DNA of 64,000 nucleotides from Spirochaetia bacterium (GCA_965203905.1 CBDBDQ010000005.1:352001-416000); one strand, 5' to 3'. Numbered from the stretch's first letter, positions 28,915 through 39,625 are shown. Notes: generated by a model not told the origin, from the letters alone. Numbers and translations: made by a program.

Positions 28915-29603
28915 TCGACCGCCTTGTCGGACAGACCGAAGCGGCGGCGCAGCCCCTCCAGCGTGAATTCTTCGCCGCGCACGAAGTCGATCATCTCCTG
29001 CTCCTGGGCGGTGATCTTCGCCGCCGCCTGCGGGACCCGGTCGGCGATCTCCAGCGGAATCTTCACGACCCCGTTCTCGTCGCCGTGAATCAGGTCGCCG
29101 GGCAGCACCTCCACCTCGCTGACCACCACCGGCAGGTTCACGTCGACCACCTGGTAGCGGCCGTGCGCCGGCGTCATGCCGGGCGCGAAGTAATGGAACC
29201 CGAACGGGCGCACCCCCTCCAGGTCGCGGATACCGCCGTCGGTGACCAGGCCGATGGCGCCGAGCGCGTGCGCGGTGTTCGCCATCACGTCGCCGCAGTG
29301 GCAGGAGTGGGAGTTGCGCGGCGAGAGGTCCTTGAACACCAGCACCGCCGGCTTGGGCGCGGCCGCGACCGCCTCCCACAGGCGCATCATCGGCGCCCGG
29401 CTCTGTTGCCGCGACGGGGTCATGGAGTCGACGGTGGCGGTCACGGCGTAGCCGAGCATCACCCCCAGCTCCGGGAACTGGCAGCGGATCTCCCAGCCCA
29501 TGAACCCCTCCGAATCGCGCCGCACCTCGAACGGCTCAATGGCGTTGCAGATGGTGGGCGTGTCGATCTTCCTGAGGGCCTCGAACTGTTCCGGCGTAAG
29601 CAT
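28911..29603 (-). CDS. RraA family / HMG-CHA aldolase-like protein
   Basis: DTPTICNAIE, CGDVM, VTDGGIRD, PGDLIHGDENGVV. Confidence 0.85.
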   Translation of the reverse strand: MLTPEQFEALRKIDTPTICNAIEPFEVRRDSEGFMGWEIRCQFPELGVMLGYAVTATVDSMTPSRQQSRAPMMRLWEAVAAAPKPAVLVFKDLSPRNSHSCHCGDVMANTAHALGAIGLVTDGGIRDLEGVRPFGFHYFAPGMTPAHGRYQVVDVNLPVVVSEVEVLPGDLIHGDENGVVKIPLEIADRVPQAAAKITAQEQEMIDFVRGEEFTLEGLRRRFGLSDKAVE

Positions 29604-29683
29604 GCCGGCAGCATGACCTACCAGGGCACGAGGGCCAAGACCCGGACCGGATCTTGCGTGGTGGGCTGTGCGATCGGCGGCCG

Positions 29684-30245
29684 TTACGCCCCAGCTCCGC
29701 GGCGCCCCTGGTACGTCTGCCGCAAGAGCCAGGCACTGGTCCTGCCGGAGAGGTAGTCGCGTACCGGGCGGTGGTCCGCGTCGTCCCAGAGATTGTTCAC
29801 CCCCCGGGGGTCGCGCTCCAGGTCGTAGAGTTCGCCCTGGGCCGCGTCCGCTGCACCGGAGCGCCGCCAGAGGTTCAGCTTCCATCGCTCCTGGCGCCAC
29901 ATGGTACCGAGCATCGCCTCGCCGTCGTAGCCGTTGGCCGACAGGGTGTCGCGCCCCATGTGCATTGCCGTTGCATACCCGCGGCGCCGGAGCGCATCGA
30001 CGTCGAACACGTTGATCCCGTCCGGCATCCATGACCGCACCTGCCCCCGGTCGACACCGGCCTCCAGCAGACAGGTGGCAGCCAGGTCATGCAACTGACA
30101 GAGCGCGTCCACCGACCCGCCCGCCGGCCAATCCGCCGCCGAGTCCGGGCGGCGGATAATGAGCGGCACCCGCGTGCAAGCCTCGTAGAAGAACGGCCCC
30201 TTCGCCCAGATGCCATGGTCTCCGATCATGTCGCCGTGGTCGCTG
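29684..30245 (-). pseudogene. Sulfatase C-terminal fragment, 5' part lost
   Basis: SDHGDMIGDHG..KGPFFYE..RVPLII, ELYDLERDP; no CxPxR N-terminus. Confidence 0.75.
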
Positions 30246-30355
30246 GGTGGTTCCAGTATGGGTTGTGAGGATCGAAGACTCCGCAGCAGAGGAAAAACGG
30301 TTTCGCCGGATCGCGTCCCTTGGTTAGGAACTCGTTGCAGCGTTCGGCGGCCCAG

Positions 30356-31162
30356 GTTGTGCGAGCCTCACGGGCCGCACAACGCGGTGGGGCTGGACGC
30401 GCTCAAGGCACACGCCATCGCCTGCCGCGCCGCCCGGGAGGGTGGGGGCATTGTCGCGCCGCCGGACTACTGGCACGTCCATGAGGTGGCCGGCTACGGC
30501 GCCTGGGGTCATGCGAGCGTCGGCGACGTGGCTCGCACTTGGCTGACCGCAGTGCCGCCGTGGGTGCACTTTCGCAACGTCTGCTACCATATCCGCGCCG
30601 CCGAGATGCAGGGGTTCCACGCCGCCATTCTGATGACCGGCCATTACGGCCCGAATTGGCGCGACCTCAAGCTCCTGGTGGAGCGTATCCAGCCGGAGGT
30701 AGCCGTGCGGCTGTACGCGCTGCCCGACTTCGAGGCTAACGAGCCGGGCTTCGACCGCGATGGAGACTCCGGAGGCGACCACGCCGGCCGGGTGGAGACA
30801 TCGCTACTGTGGGCGCTGGAGCCGGAATGCGTGGACGTATCACGATTGCCCGGCGCCGACTTACCGGGGCCGCATTTTGCCATGGGGCCCGACGCCCGGC
30901 AGGCGAACCGGGGCACGGGCGAGCGTATGGCTGCCGACGAGGTGCGGTGGCTGGTCGCAAGGGGCACGAGCTCCTGGCGGACTGGCAACCGGCTGCACGG
31001 GGACTGAACAGCTTCGCGGACGTCGAGCGCTTCTGGCGGGAGCGGATGGAGCCGTACATCGACGATCTCGCGTCGATGCAACTGCACCCCACGCGTCCCG
31101 ACGTACCCGAGTCGTCGTCCTGGCACCCCAACCGGCGGGTGCGCGGCCGCGCCGGAATCTGA
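30356..31162 (+). pseudogene. Creatininase family amidohydrolase, 5'-truncated and frameshifted
   Basis: CEPHGPHNAVGLD, TGHYG, DHAGRVETS; the C-terminus continues in another frame after about 30960. Confidence 0.72.
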
Positions 31163-31250
31163 GAGTATGGACGATCGGTGCCCGACCAATAGATCTGGTC
31201 GTTCCTGACAAGCCGGGGATCAGAGGATCGTTTCAGTGCCAGCCACCGTC

Positions 31251-31300
31251 TCGGGTCGCTCGGGTCGAACCGGGTCGAAACCGGGTCGAACCGGGTCCCG
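31251..31300. repeat. Five phased direct repeats (C)CGGGTCGAA
   Basis: CGGGTC at 31252, 31261, 31271, 31282 and 31292. Confidence 0.85.
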
Positions 31301-31307
31301 GGAGCGG

Positions 31308-31336
31308 TTGTCCACAACGGCGGTGAGATGTATAGT
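31308..31336 (+). promoter_or_regulatory. Putative sigma70 promoter
   Basis: TTGTCC-17 bp-TATAGT, with TG just before the -10. Confidence 0.62.
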
Positions 31337-31410
31337 CATTGGTTCAGTCTGCGGTGCCTCGTGGATGGAACGGATCATCTCGAGCACCGCCGAGCAAACA
31401 AGGAGTAGTC

Positions 31411-33423
31411 ATGAGAACTACCGTACTGATCGCGGCGGCGCTGATGATAAGCGTCGCGGTTGCATTTTCCGGCGGAACCGGCGAGGGCGCCAGTCAGACC
31501 AGCGAGGCCGGCGCTGCTGCCCAGGGCCAGGCGTTGGGCCTGTATCCCGAGTACTTCCAATTCGCCACCCTTTCCGAGTTCGAGCAGGTAACGGGCAACA
31601 CCATAGCCCAATTCGGCGAGGCTCCGATGCTGGCGGAAATGGTTGCGCGCGGCGAGTTGCCTCCCGTGGAGGAACGGCTTCCCGAGGAGCCTCTGGTCAT
31701 CGTCCGCAATGAGATCGGCAAGTACGGCGGCACACTGAGAACGGCGCATGACGGGACAGCCACCGACGTGATTCTGACCGTGAACAAGTTCATGGAACAG
31801 ATGCCCTACACGTTCGATCCCGACTACGACCGTGTCGGCCCGAACATCTTGCAGGAAAGCGAGCTGATCGGAGGCGGCGACCAGTTCATCTGGCACCTGC
31901 GCAAGGGCATGCGCTGGAGCGACGGCGAGCCGATGACCGCCGACGACTACATGTTCTGGTACGAGGCGGTAGCCACCAACAAGGAGCTGCAGCCAAACGG
32001 CGTTCGCGAGTTCAAGCTCAACGGCATCATGGGAGTGATGGAGAAGGTCGACGACTACCAGCTCCGCATCACCTTCCCGGCGAAGTTCGGCTACTTTCCG
32101 GAGCAGATCGCGATCTTCCGTCCCGGGCCGTTTCTTCCCAGGCACTACATGACCCAGTTTCACCCGGAGTACGCGTCCGAGGAGCAGCTCAGCGCAACGC
32201 TCAAGGAAGAGGGGTTTACCGACTGGAAGAGCATGTGGACCTCCAAGCGTACCCACTGGGCGGTGGAGAACCCTGACATGCCGCACATCCGGCCGTGGAT
32301 CATGGAGACCGACGGACGCGCCCAGGTGAACACCATGATCCGCAACCCCTACTTCTGGAAAATCGACACCGCGGGCAACCAACTACCCTACATCGACGGC
32401 GTGGAAAGCATTCTGGTGGGGGACCAGGAGGCGAAGAAGCTGCAGGTGATATCAGGGGATGCCGACTACATCTACGGCGAGATGCTCGGCAAGACCGCGG
32501 AGACGTTCGCGCTGCTCAAAGAAAATGAGCAACGCGGCGGGTACACTCTTATCTCGACGCGGGGCACGTTGAACAATCAGGGAACCGTCAACGTGAACAT
32601 GGCCCACGACGACATGGTTCTACGCGAGCTGTTCCTTGAGAAGGACTTTCGCATTGCCCTGTCTCTGGGATTGGACCGCGACGAAATCAACCAGGTTATT
32701 CACCGGGGCGCCTATATTCCCTCCCAGGTAACTCCCAATACACCATTCGGCAATGACGATACCTTCAAGCAGTACATCCGGTACGACCCGGATGCCGCCA
32801 ACCGACTGCTCGACGGTCTCGACCTGGCCTGGAACAGCGACAAGACCATGCGCCTGCGGCCGGACGGAGAGCCGCTGCAACTGGTGATGTTCGTGTACAC
32901 CGCGCGCGGGCCCTGGATGGTGGAGATGGCAGAGATGTACAAGCAGTATTGGAGCGACTTGGGTGTCGACGTGTTACTCAAGCCATTTGGTGAAGGCGTA
33001 TGGAACAAGATCTTTGTCGAGTCAGATTGGCACTTGGCAATGAGTCAGGCGTTCGGTGGCATGAAGGGCTACCCGGCTATCAGTCGAGGTGAGATCGTAC
33101 CGATTCACGCTCGCTTCGGGGTCACGCCGCGCTGGGCTCAGTGGATCGTCACCGACGGGGCAGAAGGCGTTGAGCCGCCCGCAGACGTGAAGCGGCTGGC
33201 CGAGATTCCCAATCTTTTCATGCAAGAGGCGGATCCCGCGAAGCGGGCTCAGATCGAGGAGGAAATCTTTCACATACACCTCGACAACATGTGGATCATC
33301 GGCGGCATGAACGCCAATCCGGATCTCAACTTCAGCCCCTTCTCGAACAGGATAAGAAACCGCGTCGGCACCGTGTGGGCGACTTATCACCACGTCGCGT
33401 CGGCCTGGTACTTCGACGAGTAA
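31411..33423 (+). CDS. ABC solute-binding protein, family 5 (Dpp/Opp type)
   Basis: EAPMLAEMVARGELPPVEERLP, LRKGMRWSDG, RNPYFWKIDTAGNQLPYID; RBS AAGGAG. Confidence 0.92.
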   Translation: MRTTVLIAAALMISVAVAFSGGTGEGASQTSEAGAAAQGQALGLYPEYFQFATLSEFEQVTGNTIAQFGEAPMLAEMVARGELPPVEERLPEEPLVIVRNEIGKYGGTLRTAHDGTATDVILTVNKFMEQMPYTFDPDYDRVGPNILQESELIGGGDQFIWHLRKGMRWSDGEPMTADDYMFWYEAVATNKELQPNGVREFKLNGIMGVMEKVDDYQLRITFPAKFGYFPEQIAIFRPGPFLPRHYMTQFHPEYASEEQLSATLKEEGFTDWKSMWTSKRTHWAVENPDMPHIRPWIMETDGRAQVNTMIRNPYFWKIDTAGNQLPYIDGVESILVGDQEAKKLQVISGDADYIYGEMLGKTAETFALLKENEQRGGYTLISTRGTLNNQGTVNVNMAHDDMVLRELFLEKDFRIALSLGLDRDEINQVIHRGAYIPSQVTPNTPFGNDDTFKQYIRYDPDAANRLLDGLDLAWNSDKTMRLRPDGEPLQLVMFVYTARGPWMVEMAEMYKQYWSDLGVDVLLKPFGEGVWNKIFVESDWHLAMSQAFGGMKGYPAISRGEIVPIHARFGVTPRWAQWIVTDGAEGVEPPADVKRLAEIPNLFMQEADPAKRAQIEEEIFHIHLDNMWIIGGMNANPDLNFSPFSNRIRNRVGTVWATYHHVASAWYFDE

Positions 33424-33452
33424 GGACGCTTCCGTTATCGTAAGATCGTACC

Positions 33453-33492
33453 CGGGACTCGGTGGGCGACCGCCGGGTCCCGTTCGTTTTTT
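33453..33492 (+). terminator. Intrinsic terminator-like hairpin inside the operon, after the SBP
   Basis: CGGGACTCGGTGG-GCGA-CCGCCGGGTCCCG followed by TTCGTTTTTT. Confidence 0.65.
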
Positions 33493-33508
33493 GGGCGAAC
33501 GAGAATAA

Positions 33509-34495
33509 GTGATTATCCTCATCTTCCGGCGCGTGGTACTGGCTTTGCCGACGTTGCTGTTCATCTCCATCGTCTCTTTTGCAATTATCCAGCTCCCGCC
33601 GGGAGACTTCGTCACCACCAGGGTCTCGCAGTGGATCGCCCAGGGAGAGTCGGTGGATGCCGAGACAGAGACCATGCTGCGCGCTCGCTACGGCGTCGAT
33701 CAACCGGTCGCGCTGCAGTACCTGAAGTGGTTACGCAACCTCATCCGCGGCGATCTCGGGGTGTCGTGGGCATGGGCCAAGCCCGTCGGTGCATTGGTCG
33801 CGGAGCGACTGCCGTGGAGCTTGCTGGTCTCCTGCATCTCGCTGGTGTTCGTGTATCTGGTGGCGATCCCCATCGGGGTGTTGTCGGCCACGAGGCAATA
33901 CACGTTATCCGACTATGCGTTTACGTTCGTCGGATTCGTCGGTCTCGCCATCCCCAATTTTCTGTTTGCATTGATCTTCCTGTGGCTGTTCTTTCTGGCC
34001 ACGGGTAACTCCGCGATAGGTTTGTTCTCGAGGGAGTATCTGTCGGCGCCGTGGAGTGTGGGCAAGGTTCTCGACCTGCTCAAACATCTCATCATTCCGG
34101 TTATCATCGTAGGCACGGCGGGTACTGCATCGCTGATCCGCGTGATGCGTGCCAACCTCCTGGATGAACTCAAAAAACAGTACGTCATAGTTGCCCGAGC
34201 CAAGGGACTGGCCGAGGGGAAACTGCTGTTTCGTTATCCGGTGAGGATGGCGATCAACCCCATCGTGAGCACCGTAGGATGGACGCTCCCGGCCCTGGTA
34301 AACGGTGAATTGCTCACCTCTATCGTGCTCGGTTTACCTACCTTGGCGCCGGTACTGCTGCAGTCATTGCTGACCGAAGACTTGTACCTGGCAGGCAGCA
34401 TCATCTTCATCCTCAGCATTCTTACCGTCGTGGGTACTCTGTTGTCTGATTTGCTCCTGGTGTGGGCCGATCCGCGTATTCGAGACGCCGTATGA
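33509..34495 (+). CDS. ABC permease (DppB-like)
   Basis: IIQLPPGD, ARAKGL, ADPRIR. Confidence 0.9.
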   Translation: MIILIFRRVVLALPTLLFISIVSFAIIQLPPGDFVTTRVSQWIAQGESVDAETETMLRARYGVDQPVALQYLKWLRNLIRGDLGVSWAWAKPVGALVAERLPWSLLVSCISLVFVYLVAIPIGVLSATRQYTLSDYAFTFVGFVGLAIPNFLFALIFLWLFFLATGNSAIGLFSREYLSAPWSVGKVLDLLKHLIIPVIIVGTAGTASLIRVMRANLLDELKKQYVIVARAKGLAEGKLLFRYPVRMAINPIVSTVGWTLPALVNGELLTSIVLGLPTLAPVLLQSLLTEDLYLAGSIIFILSILTVVGTLLSDLLLVWADPRIRDAV

Positions 34496-35613
34496 GTTCC
34501 ATTCTGATCCGCGACGAGGCTGCACAGGAACGCTACTTCCTGGCCTCTCAATGGCAGCTCGCGCGGTGGCGCTTCTTCAAGCACAAGATGGCTGTGATCG
34601 CGCTGGTGATCCTGGCGGGGTATTATCTGGTTGCCTTGCTTGCCGAGTTCGTCGCGCCCTACGATCCTCACAACTTTGACAAGGATCTGGTGCTGGCGCC
34701 GCCCCAACTGCCTAAATTTATCGACGATGATGGCCGTTTTCGTCTGCGACCCTTTGTCTACAAGATGGAGAAGGCGATCGACCCTGCGACGTGGCAGATT
34801 TCCTATACCGAGGTGCGCTCCGTTCGCTATCCGATTCATCTGTTGGTGCGCGGGGCGCCGTACAAGATGTGGGGATTGATTGCCGGTGACCTGCACCTGT
34901 TCGGCACCAAGGAAGGAGTGTACTCACCGCTGGGCAGGGACCGCGGCGGGCGCGACCTGTTCACCCGCGTCGTCTACGGCAGCCGGGTGTCGGTGTCCAT
35001 CGGTCTGCTCGGCGTCGTGGTAAGTGCCATCATCGGGATCGCCATCGGCGGAGTCTCAGGCTATTACGGCGGCCGCGTCGATTTGGCCATCCAGCGCACC
35101 ATCGAGGCGATTCGATCGATTCCGACGTTGCCGCTGTGGATGGGGCTGAGTGCTATGCTGCCGTTGACATGGTCGGTGACCAAGGTCTACTTCGCCATCG
35201 TGCTCATCGTCTCGCTGGTGGGATGGACCGAGCTGGCTCGGGTCGTACGGGGCAAGTTTCTGGCCCTGCGCCGTGACGACTTCGTCCTCGCCGCAGCGAT
35301 AGCCGGCAGCGGCGATGCGAAGATCATCTACCGTCACATGCTCCCGTCGTTCCTGAGCCACGTGATCGCTACCCTGACTCTCGCCATCCCCCACATGATC
35401 CTGGCGGAGACGGCGCTGAGCTTCATCGGCCTGGGGATGCAGGCTCCGGCGATAAGTTGGGGAGTGTTGCTCAAGGCCGCCCAGAACCTCGAGACGCTGG
35501 CCAAGGCGCCGTGGATCCTGACGCCGGCGCTCGCGGTAGTCGTCTGTATCCTGTCGTTCAACTTCGTCGGCGACGGGGTGCGCGACGCCGCTGATCCGTA
35601 CTCCCACGGTTGA
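34492..35613 (+). CDS. ABC permease (DppC-like)
   Basis: ASQWQL, GRDLFTRVVYG, ETALSFIGLG, FNFVGDGVRDAADPY. Confidence 0.9.
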   Translation: MSSILIRDEAAQERYFLASQWQLARWRFFKHKMAVIALVILAGYYLVALLAEFVAPYDPHNFDKDLVLAPPQLPKFIDDDGRFRLRPFVYKMEKAIDPATWQISYTEVRSVRYPIHLLVRGAPYKMWGLIAGDLHLFGTKEGVYSPLGRDRGGRDLFTRVVYGSRVSVSIGLLGVVVSAIIGIAIGGVSGYYGGRVDLAIQRTIEAIRSIPTLPLWMGLSAMLPLTWSVTKVYFAIVLIVSLVGWTELARVVRGKFLALRRDDFVLAAAIAGSGDAKIIYRHMLPSFLSHVIATLTLAIPHMILAETALSFIGLGMQAPAISWGVLLKAAQNLETLAKAPWILTPALAVVVCILSFNFVGDGVRDAADPYSHG

Positions 35614-35652
35614 GGAATTCGTGCGCAAAGGGCGGCGACATCAACGTCGTTT

Positions 35653-35955
35653 TCATGTGCTTTCTGGAATGACGCGGGCCACGTCTCTGTCGGCGTCCTG
35701 AAGCAGATCTTCCAAACGGGAAAACAGCCTCAATGTGTGGGGACGTAGTCCTTCCTCCTTGGCAAGATCAGGTGCGAGTCCATTGTTATAGTCTCTGTCC
35801 TTGAAGAAGGCTTTGTCCCCCGTAACCAGACAGACATCCGCTTCCTCAAGCAACTCAAGACAATTGGCCCAAATGTGATTCTTGGCCTCTATCCCGCGAG
35901 CGGACTTCAATCCGCGCTGCGAGATCCAGATGTTGCTATCGAAGACTACGAACAA
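35653..35955 (-). pseudogene. PIN-like domain protein remnant with internal deletion
   Basis: N-terminal FVVFDSNIW joined almost directly to C-terminal IWANCLELL..LVTGDKAF. Confidence 0.5.
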
Positions 35956-36520
35956 GGCGCTCGCGCGAGTCGGCGGAATGCTGCTGAGCGTTCCCGCCAT
36001 GAAGATCACCGTGATCCTCGGAACTCACCATCGCGTTCAGCAAAATGGGTTCCCGAGGCGGGATGTCGTCCTTCGGGGGGATTCGACAGGCAAGTCTTGC
36101 AGCAGGTCCTCGCGACATGCAGCACAACCCCAGCGGCACTACTTCGACCTCGAACGAAACGCCATATTCCGGTATCTTCATGGCGATCCCCAACCCATCG
36201 GAATTGGGCTTATTGCCCGGCGTATACCCATAGGAATGGTCGACTGCCCAGCGCTTCCACACGCCATCGAAAGCGTACCTGTACGCTACGCCACCGACGA
36301 ATGAGGCTGGATCCCAACTCCAACCCCAACGCACGTGGATGTCGTCTTCCCATCCTTCAACGTGGATACTCAGCTTCGATACCATTCCGGGCCGAAATAC
36401 GCGTGAGAACTTGGCCAATCCTTGGACGACGTCGTCGTGAACGCTGATTTCGGTTCTTGGCTCTACGGCCAGTTCCCCATTAGCTTCAATCCATCGGTCC
36501 TCCAGGTGAGGAGTACTCAT
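35936..36520 (-). CDS. Hypothetical protein (AT-richer islet)
   Basis: 194-aa ORF, RBS-like GGAGG upstream, normal amino-acid composition; no family recognised. Confidence 0.5.
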   Translation of the reverse strand: MSTPHLEDRWIEANGELAVEPRTEISVHDDVVQGLAKFSRVFRPGMVSKLSIHVEGWEDDIHVRWGWSWDPASFVGGVAYRYAFDGVWKRWAVDHSYGYTPGNKPNSDGLGIAMKIPEYGVSFEVEVVPLGLCCMSRGPAARLACRIPPKDDIPPREPILLNAMVSSEDHGDLHGGNAQQHSADSRERLVRSLR

Positions 36521-36702
36521 GTGACAGTGCCTCCTGTCTGCCGCCGGTCATCCGCCAAGTTAGCGGCACCCCCTGCCTATACGCAGGGGCACGCGCGATT
36601 ATATCCGAGCAAATGGCAACCTTCCAACGCCCCATCGGCATCGTGCGGCATCGTGCTGCTGCTCAAGGTCACCGCCCTCCATTCGCTCCGAATCCGCTCT
36701 GC

Positions 36703-36924
36703 CTACGTCCTCGGGATGAAGCCGCGGCGGGACTCAGGGGCCGTTCGGGTAGCGGCAGGAGACGTCGATCTCCACTCGCTGAGCACCAGCCGCATTCCTT
36801 GGCGAGGCGCGGGTGGCGTTCCGCGCGCACGCTGATGAGGTTGACGGCGGAGCGCGGCGGCGCCTGCCTGGTCGGCCATCAGGTACTTGAAGGCGGCGTC
36901 GTACATCGGGTTGGCGATCCGCAT
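36703..36924 (-). pseudogene. Rpn/PD-(D/E)XK transposase-like N-terminal remnant
   Basis: MRIANPMYDAAFKYLMAD resembles the family start, then similarity is lost. Confidence 0.4.
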
Positions 36925-36964
36925 CGCTTCAGATTAATTCGCCGCCCGCGGGCCGGCAAGCGCC

Positions 36965-38110
36965 CTATACGCTGCAGGCGACCGAGCCGTCGCTGCGGAG
37001 CAGCGGTTCGCGCGGCGGGAGCTCGGCGCGGGTGGATGCCTGTGCCCGCTCCAGTGCCGCGGCGTCGAGATCGATTCCCAGACCGGGCGCCTCGGGCACG
37101 GAGAGAAACCCGCCGGCCCGCCGGAGGGCGGTGCGGTACACGGCATTCGCAGGCGCCTCGTCCTGCCTGGTGTACTCCTGGGTGACGAAGTTGGGGATGC
37201 AGGTGTCCAGGTGTACCGAGGCCGCGGTCAGCACCGGGCCGAGGAAGTTGTGGGTCACCACGGCGCAGTGGAAGGATTCGGCGATGGCGGCGATCTTCTT
37301 GCAGTGAGTCAGGCCTCCCGCCAGGCCCACGTCCGGGCGCACGTACTGCGGCCCGCCGCAGGCAAGCAGCTCCCGGAACTCCCAGATCGAGTGCAGCCGT
37401 TCGCCGTTGGCCACCGGGATGGAGATGCGGCGCGCGACCTCCGCCTGCGACACGATGCTGTCGATCTGGATCGGGTCTTCGTAGAACAGGGGACGGAACT
37501 CGGCCACGGCCTCCGCCAGCGGCACCGCGACCAGCGGCGTGAGCTTGCGGTGTATCTCCAGGATCAGGTCCACGTCGTCACCCACCGCCTCCCTGGCCGC
37601 CGCCACCAGGTCGCGGACCGACGAGATCTGGCGCGCGTGAGTCATATCCTGGTATCCGTCCGGGAGCGGATCGAACTTGACCGCCGTGAACCCTTCCGCC
37701 GCGGCCGCGCGCGCATGAGCGGCCACCTCGTCCGGGGTGTCTCCCCCCTCCATCAGCAGGTGCAGACGGACCCGGTCCCGGCATCTGCCACCCATCAGCT
37801 CCCAGACCGGCGCCTGGAAGTGCTTGCCCTTGATGTCCCAGAGCGCGATGTCCACCGCGCTCACCGCCCCGGAAAGCGCGGAGCCGCGGAACGGCCCGGT
37901 GCGGTAGTTCGCCTGCCAGTGGTGCTCGATGCGGAACGGGTCCTGCCCCACCAGGTAGGACGCGAACCGCTCCACGATCTGCTGCACCGCTTCCGGGTAG
38001 CCCCAGCACGCCGTCTGCCCCAGCCCGGTCAACCCGGACTCGGTGCGGATCCGCACCACGTAGGTCTCGCCAACCCGAATCGATTCGACCTGCTCGATCT
38101 TCGTCGCCAT
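36965..38110 (-). CDS. Mandelate racemase/enolase superfamily, galactonate dehydratase (DgoD)-like
   Basis: SAVDIALWDIKGK, AVKF, EIH, YEDP, NGER, HNFLGP. Confidence 0.88.
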   Translation of the reverse strand: MATKIEQVESIRVGETYVVRIRTESGLTGLGQTACWGYPEAVQQIVERFASYLVGQDPFRIEHHWQANYRTGPFRGSALSGAVSAVDIALWDIKGKHFQAPVWELMGGRCRDRVRLHLLMEGGDTPDEVAAHARAAAAEGFTAVKFDPLPDGYQDMTHARQISSVRDLVAAAREAVGDDVDLILEIHRKLTPLVAVPLAEAVAEFRPLFYEDPIQIDSIVSQAEVARRISIPVANGERLHSIWEFRELLACGGPQYVRPDVGLAGGLTHCKKIAAIAESFHCAVVTHNFLGPVLTAASVHLDTCIPNFVTQEYTRQDEAPANAVYRTALRRAGGFLSVPEAPGLGIDLDAAALERAQASTRAELPPREPLLRSDGSVACSV

Positions 38111-38216
38111 CTGTCACTTCCCTCCTCCTGAGAAATACTTGCCCAGAACGGCATCGGGTGCCAGGACGTCGCGCCCGATTCCCGTTACTGTGCAGATCCA
38201 GGAGGAAGGATCGCCG

Positions 38217-39593
38217 ATGCTGCCCCGGATCGAGGACCTGAAGGTGGTGCTGCTCGACGTCATCGCGGACCGTGCCGAGCGCGGCTACGAGGTGGCCGGA
38301 TTCCGCGAACGGGTCCAGGCCGCGCCCGCGAGCTACGACGAGCTCGCGGCCATTCATCGCGCGCTGGACGAAGCGCCGCGGCGGTCGGATTGGCCCTACG
38401 TGGAGCCCGACGACCTGGAAGCGATCTGGGACCAGTGTCCGGATCTGCCTGCCGATCCGCTGCAGCAGGTCGACCTCGACGCTGCGGGCCGGAGGGCGGA
38501 GGCCGGGTTTCTGGGGTCGGTGTGCGGCTGCGTGCTGGGCAAGCCGGTGGAGGTGCGCACCACCATGGAAGCCCTGCAGCGTGCCGCCGAGGCCGCCGGC
38601 GAGTGGCCGATCCGGGACTACCTGAGCGAGGCCCTGCTCGACGCCCTCGGCGACCGCCACCGGAGCTGGCGGGAGGCGGTACGCGGCCGGATCCGCTTCG
38701 TCGCCCGCGACGACGACATCAACTACACCGTGCTGGGGATGCTGATCCTGGAGCGGCACGGCATCGGCTTCAGCCGGGGCGACGTGATGCAGATGTGGCT
38801 GACCAACCTGCCGCTCTCCTATACCTTCGGGCCGGAGCGGATGCTGCTGACGCGCGCGTCCGCGGTCGGCATCGCCGAACGCCTGCGCCAGGGCCGCGGC
38901 CTGGACGGGATCGGCGACGACCCGGAGCCGGTCCTGGCGGAGTTGGTGGCGAGCTGGAACCCGGGCGACGAGCTGTGCGGTGCGCAGATCCGTGCCGACG
39001 CCTACGGCTACGCCTGTCCCGGCCGGCCGCGGCTGGCCGCCACCCTGGCCTGGCGCGACGCGGGCTGGACCCATCGCGGCACCGGCGTCTACGGCGCCAT
39101 GTTCGCCGCCGCGGCCATTGCCGGCGCCTTCGTCATCGACGATCCGCTGGAGCTGTGCCGCATGGCGCTGCGCTGTGTCCCACGCCGCAGCCGCTTCCAC
39201 GAGCGCGTCGGCGACTGCCTGGAGCAGGTCGCGCAGGCGAGCGACTGGCACGACGGCTATCGCCGGATCCACGACCGCTATGGCTGCTACGGGCACTGCC
39301 GGATCTACCAGGAGACCGGCACCCTCATCAACACCCTGCGCTTCGCCGCCGGGGTGGAGGAGGGCATCTGCATGCAGGTGAGCCAGGGCAACGATACCGA
39401 CAGCTACGGCGCCACGGCCGGTTCCTTGCTGGGGATCCTGCACGGCCGAGCGCCGGAAGCGCGCTGGCTGGCGCCCTTCCACGACGAGATCCGCACCACC
39501 GTGGCCGGCCTGTACGAGTCCTCGCTGAGCAAGGTGGCGCAGCGCATGGGCCGGCTGCCGCAGCTCGTCGCGGCGCAGCTCGCCGAACGTTGA
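38217..39593 (+). CDS. ADP-ribosylglycohydrolase family protein
   Basis: GCVLGKPVE, DDDINY, GAQIRAD, GNDTDSYGATAGS. Confidence 0.88.
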   Translation: MLPRIEDLKVVLLDVIADRAERGYEVAGFRERVQAAPASYDELAAIHRALDEAPRRSDWPYVEPDDLEAIWDQCPDLPADPLQQVDLDAAGRRAEAGFLGSVCGCVLGKPVEVRTTMEALQRAAEAAGEWPIRDYLSEALLDALGDRHRSWREAVRGRIRFVARDDDINYTVLGMLILERHGIGFSRGDVMQMWLTNLPLSYTFGPERMLLTRASAVGIAERLRQGRGLDGIGDDPEPVLAELVASWNPGDELCGAQIRADAYGYACPGRPRLAATLAWRDAGWTHRGTGVYGAMFAAAAIAGAFVIDDPLELCRMALRCVPRRSRFHERVGDCLEQVAQASDWHDGYRRIHDRYGCYGHCRIYQETGTLINTLRFAAGVEEGICMQVSQGNDTDSYGATAGSLLGILHGRAPEARWLAPFHDEIRTTVAGLYESSLSKVAQRMGRLPQLVAAQLAER

Positions 39594-39625
39594 CGCGCAG
39601 GTCGTGCTATCGTGGGGTTTCAGCG

